Below are positions 37,970 to 44,392 of a stretch of 64,000 nucleotides of DNA, one piece after another (the stretch's first letter is position 1; each line of letters begins with the position of its first letter). A program made the position numbers and the translations under genes. Under the pieces are notes generated by a model. It had not been told where the DNA came from, ran no database searches, and saw nothing but the letters and a program-made list of their open reading frames with translations. This DNA comes from a virus, in the IMG/VR virus record IMGVR_UViG_3300043788_000114, positions 32,001 through 96,000 of that record. One strand, 5' to 3'.

Positions 37970-38044
37970 GCACCATTAGCTCAACAGGCAGAGCACGGGA
38001 TTCGTACCCCCGAGACTGGCGTTCAAGTCGTCAATGGTGCTCCA
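37970..38044 (+). tRNA. tRNA-Thr(CGT)
   Basis: Loop TTCGTAC, CCA. Confidence 0.85.
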
Positions 38045-38094
38045 CAAGATAGCGAGCCGTCAGAATAGCGACGATTCGTTATGTAAGGCCGCGA

Positions 38095-38171
38095 GGTATG
38101 GTACGGCCCGGTGATGTGAGCCGCGGCGGGGCATGGCAAGGCTTGGTATGGTCAGGTAGGGTGTGGCATGG
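38095..38171 (+). repeat. GGNNN pentanucleotide-periodic tract
   Basis: GG at exact 5-nt spacing in 14 of 16 units. Confidence 0.8.
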
Positions 38172-38716
38172 GCAGTTTAATGCGTAGATCGGTGCTTCAG
38201 TTGAACGCTTCACTAGAAGCGATTCGCATTATTTCTGCAAAGAGGGCTTTGACTTTGTTGACTAAGGGCAAGGCCCTCACTGAGGTTTCGACGGGGATTG
38301 AGATTTATCCCGGCGTGTTCTTGCCTAGCGTGATTAGGCTTCGGCACTACGCGAGGGTTCCGCATAAGAGGCCGATTCCTTCGAGGAAGAATATCTTTGT
38401 CCGCGATGGGAACCGTTGTCTTTACTGTGGGGCCAAGGGACCGAAGGTTACTCTTGAACTTGAGCATGTTATCCCGAGGTCAAGAGGAGGACAAGGGTCG
38501 TGGGACAACTTGGTTTCGGCGTGCCACGAGTGTAACCAGAAGAAGGGTGATCGTACACCACAGGAAGCTGGAATGACTCTGATTCATCGTCCTTTGCCAG
38601 CGACGGTACACACAAACCGTTTCGTGCTTAAGCAACTTGGGGAAGAAATTTCTGAGTGGAGTCCATTTTTGTGGCAGGACAACAAGGGCGACACTCGCTT
38701 TCAGTTTGTGCATTAG
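38168..38716 (+). CDS. HNH endonuclease (McrA-like)
   Basis: VLQLNAS...PSVIRL...RKNIFVRDGNRCLYCG...EHVIPRSRGG..SWDNLVSACHECNQKKG. Confidence 0.9.
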   Translation: MGSLMRRSVLQLNASLEAIRIISAKRALTLLTKGKALTEVSTGIEIYPGVFLPSVIRLRHYARVPHKRPIPSRKNIFVRDGNRCLYCGAKGPKVTLELEHVIPRSRGGQGSWDNLVSACHECNQKKGDRTPQEAGMTLIHRPLPATVHTNRFVLKQLGEEISEWSPFLWQDNKGDTRFQFVH

Positions 38717-38737
38717 GATGGTGATCCTAAGTTTTGA

Positions 38738-38812
38738 GCCTCGCAAGCATTGCCGTCGATGCGCCGGTCCTGTAAATCGGTGAAGCCAGTTAGACTCTGG
38801 CGCGGGGCTCCA
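38738..38812 (+). tRNA. tRNA-Thr(TGT), C33
   Basis: Loop CCTGTAA, CCA. Confidence 0.8.
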
Positions 38813-38822
38813 TAACTTTCAT

Positions 38823-38898
38823 GGAGCGATTGGCCGAGAGGTAAGGCACCAGATTGTGGCTCTGGTATACGTGGTTTCGAGTACCACATCGCTCCCCA
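38823..38898 (+). tRNA. tRNA-His(GTG)
   Basis: Loop TTGTGGC, G-1:C73, CCA. Confidence 0.9.
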
Positions 38899-38906
38899 AT
38901 TTTTAC

Positions 38907-38987
38907 GGGCCGTGGAACTGCATGGGGTGGTTGCCTCTCTTGCAAAGAGGAAATGTCAGGCGAGTTCGATTCTCGCACGGTCCACCA
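38907..38987 (+). tRNA. tRNA-Ala(TGC)
   Basis: Anticodon TGC, G3:U70, CCA. Confidence 0.85.
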
Positions 38988-38993
38988 ATTATT

Positions 38994-39239
38994 ATGAAGC
39001 GACCGAAGTGTACGAAAGTCGATTTCATTGTCTGCGGTCGCATCGACGATCCGAGGACGAACAATGCTCCCGGATCGGAACTCAGGAAGTGCTCTGAGTG
39101 TGAAAGTGAAGTGAGGATTCATCCGACAACTATCGACGCGAAGATCAATGTACCGATCCTGTGTTTGCAGTGCGCACTGGCCAAGATGGAGTGTTCGGAA
39201 GAGGAGATGGAAGAGCAGGGAACAAGATTGCAGGTTTGA
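38994..39239 (+). CDS. Small Cys-rich protein between tRNAs
   Basis: CSEC...CLQC. Confidence 0.5.
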   Translation: MKRPKCTKVDFIVCGRIDDPRTNNAPGSELRKCSECESEVRIHPTTIDAKINVPILCLQCALAKMECSEEEMEEQGTRLQV

Positions 39240-39246
39240 AGATTTC

Positions 39247-39321
39247 GGACTCGTAGCTCCAATGTAGAGCGGCACGTTGAAGCCGTGCGCGTTGCTGGTT
39301 CAAGTCCAGTCGAGTCCACCA
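39247..39321 (+). tRNA. tRNA-Phe(GAA)
   Basis: Loop TTGAAGC, CCA. Confidence 0.9.
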
Positions 39322-39329
39322 AGTTTTAA

Positions 39330-39403
39330 CAGGGCGGAGCGCGGTCTGGCAGCGCACCAGTTTCGGGAACTGGCGGTCGGAGGTTCAAATCCTCTCGCCC
39401 TGA
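39330..39403 (+). tRNA. tRNA-Pro(CGG), CCA not encoded
   Basis: Loop TTCGGGA. Confidence 0.85.
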
Positions 39404-39478
39404 CGGGGATTAGCTCAGAGGCAGAGCATTCGCTTTGGGAGCGAAGGGCCGGGATTTCGAAATTCCCATCCCCGACCA
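39404..39478 (+). tRNA. tRNA-Pro(TGG)
   Basis: Loop TTTGGGA, CCA. Confidence 0.9.
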
Positions 39479-39490
39479 TTTTGAAGATGT

Positions 39491-39566
39491 GGGCTGTTAG
39501 TTCAACTGAAGAGAATATCGGTCTACGAAACCGAAGATGGAGGTTTGAGCCCTCCACGGCCTACCA
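39491..39566 (+). tRNA. tRNA-Arg(ACG)
   Basis: Loop CTACGAA, CCA. Confidence 0.9.
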
Positions 39567-39587
39567 AAAATAAACTGCGCTTTTCTA

Positions 39588-39616
39588 TTGACGCGGTTTG
39601 GGAATAGCGATAACGT
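39588..39616 (+). promoter_or_regulatory. Promoter of Y-RNA/Ro60 unit
   Basis: TTGACG-17 nt-TAACGT. Confidence 0.7.
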
Positions 39617-39620
39617 TGAT

Positions 39621-40158
39621 TTTGTCGATGGTGAAGTTTACGGATACTTCTCTTCCAAAGAAAACCTCTGTGAGCGTTTGTTCCTCGACAAAGATTTGCG
39701 GTTGGTGTAGTTTCAGTTACTTCTTAATCAGCAGGTCACGGGTTCGAGTCCCGTCAAGCAGCAATGCTTGTAGCTCAGTTGGTAGAGCAGCCGAGGCGAA
39801 AGCCAGTACCCTGAAGCGCCTGTTCCGCCGCAATAAAGTTCTCCGGTAGTGAAGAGGACGGTTACTTCACTCGAAATGAAAAACAACCGTTTTCGCTTGT
39901 TCTCCGGGGATTAAGTATGAGCCGTAGTGGTCGTAAGGGTTACTTCTTGGTTCGATTCCAAGGTTGGAAGCAATTCCTACCTGCCGATTGGTCGGCTACC
40001 CCTTGCAAATGTTCTCGGCTCTCTAAGTTCGGGTTGGTGTAGGAAACAGTTACTTCGCCTGTGGAGCGAGTAGTTCGGGTTCGAATCCCGGCGTCTTCTT
40101 CGGAAGATGTAGTGTAATGGCAGCACGCTTACGTCACTGTTCCGTCTGTTCCGCCCGA
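39621..40158 (+). ncRNA. Five tandem Y-RNA-like (YrlA-like) RNAs: 39621-39692, 39696-39833, 39840-39910, 39919-40021, 40029-40158
   Basis: Each has paired ends and shared TRGTG, GWTACTTC and TGTTC motifs; units 2 and 5 (4 partly) hold T-arm, capped acceptor-like stem, D-arm; adjacent to Ro60 gene. Confidence 0.75.
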
Positions 40159-40168
40159 TACTACTCAG

Positions 40169-40203
40169 AGAGCCTCTGCTTCGGCAGGGGCTTTTCTATT
40201 TTT
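40169..40203 (+). terminator. Intrinsic terminator between Y RNAs and Ro60 gene
   Basis: AGCCTCTGC-TTCG-GCAGGGGCT then TTTCTATTTTT. Confidence 0.85.
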
Positions 40204-40220
40204 CACCGGGAGGGTGAACG

Positions 40221-41645
40221 ATGCGTACAAACGTAGCAGAAAAGAAGGCGCTCATCTACACGCACGAGGGCGCAGTGGCGGTGTTCATCAACCCCGTCGA
40301 TCAGCTTCGCCGCTCTGTCATGGCGAACATGTTATGGGAGGACGAGTTCTACGAGGATGGCCAGTCCATTGCAAAGCGGATTCAGGAAACGACCGCCGAA
40401 ATCCTCAAGCAGAAGAACGGCGCGCAGACCGTGGCGGACATTGCGTTTGAGGCCCGCACGAAGATGAAGCTGCGTCACGTCCCGTTGCTTCTATTGGTTT
40501 CGCTCATCCGTGCGAAGACCGATCAGACACGGAAGGTTGTGGCGGAAGCCATCGCGCGTGTGGTCCAGCGGCCAGACGAGATGGGTGAATTGATCTCGCT
40601 CTACTGGAAGCTGAATGACAAGCGTGCCATGTTGCCGCACCAGATGAAGATCGGCCTCGCGGCGGCGTTCCAGAAGTTCGATGCCTACTCGCTCGGAAAG
40701 TGGAACTCGGATGCGGCGGCGGTGAAGCTGCGCGACGTCCTGTTCTTGACGCACGCGAAGCCGAAGGATCAGGCACAGGCAGAACTCTGGAAGAAGTTAG
40801 CGGAGAAGACGCTGGAGTCGCCGGATACGTGGGAGGTGGCTCTCAGCGGCGGTGCTGACAAGAAGGAGGCGTTCACTCGTCTGCTCGCCGAGGAAAAGCT
40901 GGGTGCGCTGGCGCTGCTCCGAAATCTGCGGAATATGCAGCAGGCCGGTGTCGACGTTGAGGCGATCCGCAAGGGTCTCGGAACGATGAAGACAGAGCGT
41001 GTTCTTCCCTTCCGCTTCATCACGGCGGCAAAGTACGCTCCGCAGTTGGAGCCTCAGCTTGAGCAGGCCATGTTCCGGTGCCTCGCAAGTCAGGAGAAGT
41101 TGACGGGCAAGACAGTCTTGATCGTCGATTGCTCGGGATCGATGCATGGCGGAATCTCTGCCAAATCCGAACTGGACCGTCTCAGCGCGGCTGCTGCATT
41201 GGCTATGCTGGTGCGTGAGGTCTGCGAGGATGTTGCCGTGTACGCGACGGCGGGTGACGATGGTCGGCGCATCCACGCGACGATGCTGGTTCCTCCGCGT
41301 CGTGGTTTCGGTTTGCGTGATCTGCTTTCCTACGAGAGCACGAGCCGCAAGATCGGCGGAGGTGGAATCTTCTTGAAGCAGGTGATTGAGTACGTCCGCA
41401 AGGAAGAGAAGGACACGGCGGACAGGATCATCGTCATCACCGACGAACAGGACTGCGATCTGGTAAACAAGCCAGCAAGCGCCAAGCCATTCGGGAAGAA
41501 CAACTACCTTATCAACGTGGCTAGCTTCAAGAACGGCATCGGCTACGGAGAGTGGGTCCACATCGACGGCTGGAGTGAGGCGATCTTGGATTACATCCAG
41601 CAGTACGAGCGGTTGCAGGAAACCGGCAATGAGATTTCTGCCTAA
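40221..41645 (+). CDS. rsr: Ro60/TROVE domain ribonucleoprotein (Rsr-like)
   Basis: THEGA, EFYEDG, LRHVPL, DAYSLGKW, LRDVLFLTHAKP, TWEVALS, ALLRNLRNM, LPFRF, vWA DCSGSM and ITDEQ. Confidence 0.9.
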   Translation: MRTNVAEKKALIYTHEGAVAVFINPVDQLRRSVMANMLWEDEFYEDGQSIAKRIQETTAEILKQKNGAQTVADIAFEARTKMKLRHVPLLLLVSLIRAKTDQTRKVVAEAIARVVQRPDEMGELISLYWKLNDKRAMLPHQMKIGLAAAFQKFDAYSLGKWNSDAAAVKLRDVLFLTHAKPKDQAQAELWKKLAEKTLESPDTWEVALSGGADKKEAFTRLLAEEKLGALALLRNLRNMQQAGVDVEAIRKGLGTMKTERVLPFRFITAAKYAPQLEPQLEQAMFRCLASQEKLTGKTVLIVDCSGSMHGGISAKSELDRLSAAAALAMLVREVCEDVAVYATAGDDGRRIHATMLVPPRRGFGLRDLLSYESTSRKIGGGGIFLKQVIEYVRKEEKDTADRIIVITDEQDCDLVNKPASAKPFGKNNYLINVASFKNGIGYGEWVHIDGWSEAILDYIQQYERLQETGNEISA

Positions 41646-41665
41646 TTTCCCTTGGTACCATTTGC

Positions 41666-41917
41666 CTAAAGGGCACGGCTCAACACCGTGCCCTTTCTTT
41701 TTGCCTTCTCCAGTCGCTTGCGCGCCGCGTCGTTGCGGATCGCCAAGTTGAGCCCGCTGGTGTAGCTGAGCACGAAGGAGCCACGAGTTCCTTTGAGCCG
41801 GAAGATCATGTATCCCGGCTTGAGTTCCACGATGATCTGCCGCTGGCGTCGCCGGTCGTAGACGGTGTTCTCCGTCTCGACGATGAGTTTGGATTTACGC
41901 TGCGATAGCTTGCTCAT
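41666..41917 (-). CDS. Small basic hypothetical protein
   Basis: GAGGTG SD; FRLKGTR motif. Confidence 0.55.
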   Translation of the reverse strand: MSKLSQRKSKLIVETENTVYDRRRQRQIIVELKPGYMIFRLKGTRGSFVLSYTSGLNLAIRNDAARKRLEKAKRKGTVLSRAL

Positions 41918-42461
41918 CTGACACCTCCACTATTGCGATCTTCTTTGCGTAGTACCTGACCTTCGTTTCCCACTTCTTCCGGAGCGTGGTGGCACGCTTC
42001 TCGCGCGTGAGCGCCGCCTTGAGCATCCGCTGGCAGTGAGCCAGCTTGGCGTCCGGTGCAGGGCGAGTGGTCGTTACCTTCGGCCTTACCTCCAGCGGTA
42101 GCTCATTGGCCCACGCGTAGATTTGCCGGTAGCTGCCGAAGCGTCCGTACCTTGCCGAGTGACGCATCATGTACTCATCGCGCGCTCCACGCGTGTGAGC
42201 AAGTTCGTGCGCGATCACCATTGCGAAGTCCACCTTATCTGGCGTGCGCTTGGAGAGCCGCACCTTCATCCAGTTCCCTCTAATGCTGGCTTCGCCACTA
42301 GAGTACGTGCTGCCGTTTCTCCGGGTGTATACAACCTTCACATGTAGGGATGGCGCTCCGCGCTTGCATAGATCAGGACGTTCCTCCGGCATCTGCCGAG
42401 AGATGAATGCCCGGATATGATCATCGCGCCAGTGAGTTTTGTTGCTGAGTTTGATTCGCAT
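41895..42461 (-). CDS. Putative zincin-like metalloprotein
   Basis: VIAHELAHTRG (HExxH). Confidence 0.55.
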   Translation of the reverse strand: MRIKLSNKTHWRDDHIRAFISRQMPEERPDLCKRGAPSLHVKVVYTRRNGSTYSSGEASIRGNWMKVRLSKRTPDKVDFAMVIAHELAHTRGARDEYMMRHSARYGRFGSYRQIYAWANELPLEVRPKVTTTRPAPDAKLAHCQRMLKAALTREKRATTLRKKWETKVRYYAKKIAIVEVSDEQAIAA

Positions 42462-42611
42462 AGCCGTGTTTCCCCCTGCATCTATTTTCTCATCGACGAT
42501 TTTTGTAAACTGCGAAATCGCCTGTATTCATGCGGTCTCCGACGTGTAAGTAATTGACAGTACAGTGTCGAAATAAATCTCTTGACAAGAATTTCCCATT
42601 TTGCGGTTAGA

Positions 42612-42971
42612 ATGTTCTGGGGGAGAAAATTGCTCATCATTCTGGCGCTTGTATGGATTCACTTTGTGTCGGATTTTCTGTTGCAGTCCGACAAGATGGC
42701 GATCAATAAATCGAAGAGTTGGAAGTGGCTCGGCATCCATTGCGTAACGTACTCGACGCCGTTCCTGATCTTCGGCTGGCGCTTCGCGCTGGTCACCCTT
42801 GCTTTCCATTTCGTGACGGATGCGATCACGTCGCGTGGCACAGCGTACCTGTGGAAGCGGGAGATGCGACACTGGTTCTTCTCGCTCATCGGCTTCGATC
42901 AGGCGATCCACCTGAGCACGCTGATTTTGACCTACCATTTTTTGCTTGCAAAGAATCTGGAATGGGTGTAG
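42612..42971 (+). CDS. DUF3307 family membrane protein
   Basis: HFVSDFLLQSDKMAINKS...HC..Y...HFVTD...GFDQAIH. Confidence 0.8.
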   Translation: MFWGRKLLIILALVWIHFVSDFLLQSDKMAINKSKSWKWLGIHCVTYSTPFLIFGWRFALVTLAFHFVTDAITSRGTAYLWKREMRHWFFSLIGFDQAIHLSTLILTYHFLLAKNLEWV

Positions 42972-42974
42972 GCT
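42946..42974 (+). promoter_or_regulatory. Sigma70-like promoter of tRNA array 3
   Basis: TTGCAA-17 nt-TAGGCT, 7 nt before leader GTG. Confidence 0.7.
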
Positions 42975-42981
42975 GATTTTC

Positions 42982-43068
42982 GTGCAGATAAGGACCAAAT
43001 CCGTGAACACGAGAATGACCGGGAAGCGGGTCATTTGGGGAATCGTGTCCGGGGGTTTGGGAACCTAA
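42982..43068 (+). CDS. Attenuator leader peptide 3 (MQIRTKSVNTRMTGKRVIWGIVSGGLGT)
   Basis: Contains codons read by all 12 tRNAs of array 3, including ATA, AGG, AGA, CGG, TGG. Confidence 0.8.
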   Translation: MQIRTKSVNTRMTGKRVIWGIVSGGLGT

Positions 43069-43096
43069 TCTGCAACAAGATTCGGAACTCAAAGCA

Positions 43097-43122
43097 CCCC
43101 GGCTCAGGCCGGGGATTTTTTT
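43097..43122 (+). terminator. Attenuator terminator 3
   Basis: CCCCGGC-TCAG-GCCGGGG then ATTTTTTT. Confidence 0.9.
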
Positions 43123-43135
43123 GGTCTTTGAAAAA

Positions 43136-43210
43136 GCGGGTTTAAGCTAGTTGGCAAACTGCCTGCCTCCAAATCAGGACTCAGGGGTTCGATTCCTCTA
43201 ACCCGCGCCA
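43136..43210 (+). tRNA. tRNA-Trp(CCA)
   Basis: Loop CTCCAAA, G73 CCA. Confidence 0.9.
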
Positions 43211-43211
43211 T

Positions 43212-43287
43212 CGCGACGTAGCTCAGGTGGTGGAGCGCCGATCTCATAAGTCGGAGGGCGAGGCTTCGAGTGCCTCCGTCGCGACCA
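43212..43287 (+). tRNA. tRNA-Met(CAT) (elongator Met or Ile2)
   Basis: Loop CTCATAA, CCA. Confidence 0.85.
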
Positions 43288-43293
43288 AGTTTT

Positions 43294-43388
43294 GCCGGAA
43301 TCCTCGGGCGAGGCGCTGGGATTTATAACCCCGGTTGTTGTCGGTAGATTGCCGATGTGCGAGGGATCATACCCCTCTTCCGGCCCCA
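43294..43388 (+). tRNA. Atypical tRNA with TAT anticodon (nominally Ile), long variable arm
   Basis: GCCGGAA/TTCCGGC acceptor, loop TTTATAA, V arm TCGGTA-GAT-TGCCGA, C73 CCA. Confidence 0.7.
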
Positions 43389-43390
43389 GT

Positions 43391-43467
43391 GAGCGCGTCG
43401 TATAGCGGCTGATTATACCTGCCTCTTAAGCAGGCTGACGCTGGTTCAAATCCAGCCGCGCTCACCA
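43391..43467 (+). tRNA. tRNA-Lys(CTT)
   Basis: Loop CTCTTAA, CCA. Confidence 0.9.
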
Positions 43468-43474
43468 AAGTTTT

Positions 43475-43560
43475 GGGATCGTACTCGAATTGGATGCAGA
43501 GACCTGACTTTTAATCAGCGGGGAAACCCAATGGGGGTTCGAGTCCCCCCGGTCCCACCA
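43475..43560 (+). tRNA. tRNA-Lys(TTT) with extra variable stem
   Basis: Loop CTTTTAA, GGG-GAAA-CCC insert, CCA. Confidence 0.85.
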
Positions 43561-43564
43561 AGTT

Positions 43565-43641
43565 GCTCCCGTATCGGCGCTGTCTTCTAAACAGCAGGCC
43601 GTAGACGGATGACGCGGGTTCGACTCCTGCCGGGAGCGCCA
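43565..43641 (+). tRNA. tRNA-Arg(TCT), no canonical D-arm
   Basis: Acceptor, anticodon (CTTCTAA) and T arms intact; only 7 nt between acceptor and anticodon stems. Confidence 0.75.
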
Positions 43642-43647
43642 TGTTTT

Positions 43648-43725
43648 GCCGCTGTACCTCACCCGCCTCCTAAGCGGGATTCGAGTAACTGGATGATGCC
43701 GGTTCAACTCCGGCCAGCGGCACCA
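43648..43725 (+). tRNA. tRNA-Arg(CCT), no canonical D-arm
   Basis: Loop CTCCTAA; same architecture. Confidence 0.75.
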
Positions 43726-43730
43726 GTTTT

Positions 43731-43807
43731 GCTGCCGTACCGGGTCGCCCTCCGAAGGCGAATACCGTAGATGGAGAAGGCAGGTTCGAGTCCTGTCGGC
43801 AGCGCCA
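43731..43807 (+). tRNA. tRNA-Arg(CCG), no canonical D-arm
   Basis: Loop CTCCGAA; same architecture. Confidence 0.75.
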
Positions 43808-43811
43808 GTTT

Positions 43812-43889
43812 GCAGGGTTAACTCAGTCCGCTCAGAGTGCCTCTCCTACAAAGAGGAAGCCGCAGGTTGAAATCCTGCACCCTGCACCA
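43812..43889 (+). tRNA. tRNA-Val(TAC), C33
   Basis: Loop CCTACAA, CCA. Confidence 0.85.
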
Positions 43890-43894
43890 AGTTT

Positions 43895-43969
43895 GCCGGT
43901 CAAGCACATGCGGATGTGTACTCCCTTGGTAAGGGAGAGGCAGAGAGTTCGATCCTCTCGACCGGCCCA
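43895..43969 (+). tRNA. tRNA-Thr(GGT)
   Basis: Loop TTGGTAA; 3' end one nt short of NCCA. Confidence 0.85.
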
Positions 43970-43973
43970 GTTT

Positions 43974-44048
43974 GCCGATGTAGCTCAATGGGAGAGCATT
44001 CCCTTGATAAGGGAAAGGTCAGTGGATCGGTACCACTCATCGGCACCA
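43974..44048 (+). tRNA. tRNA-Ile(GAT)
   Basis: Loop TTGATAA, CCA. Confidence 0.9.
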
Positions 44049-44065
44049 AGTGTAGAATTGCAGGC

Positions 44066-44392
44066 ATGGCTCAATGGGAAGTGACTATACGCGCAAACAT
44101 TCTCATCACAGACGATGATGATGACGAAAACCAGTTTGCTGAGCAGTACACTTTCATCTGGTCCGCGCCCGACTTCATTTCGGCAGTGATGTCAGTCCAG
44201 CAGAAGCTCGACACTTTGAACGAGCGCACGAAGAAGAAGTGGGAAGAGACTGCTCGCAAAGCACGATTCATGGAAGAATACAACATCGTCGGGTTGATCG
44301 AAACCGATCACGTGCTATTCGGCGACAAGTGGATAGATGAGTTCGTAGAACGAGGCGTAATAGATCGCAATTATGCCGAAGATGAAAGTTGA
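44066..44392 (+). CDS. Acidic hypothetical protein
   Basis: ATG after tRNA-Ile and TAGAAT; ORF ends at tRNA-Gly. Confidence 0.55.
   Translation: MAQWEVTIRANILITDDDDDENQFAEQYTFIWSAPDFISAVMSVQQKLDTLNERTKKKWEETARKARFMEEYNIVGLIETDHVLFGDKWIDEFVERGVIDRNYAEDES

Noticed and set aside
39621-40158. Repeated GTTACTTC/TGTTC units as a CRISPR array or as ordinary tRNA genes
   Set aside because: Repeats are short, degenerate and irregularly spaced, no cas genes are present, and the tRNA-like arms are in permuted order without a CCA end.
43294-43388. Reading this tRNA as an ochre (TTA) suppressor implying genetic-code reassignment
   Set aside because: The symmetric 7-nt loop TTTATAA gives TAT with U33 and A37; TAA, TAG and TGA all end normal genes in this window.
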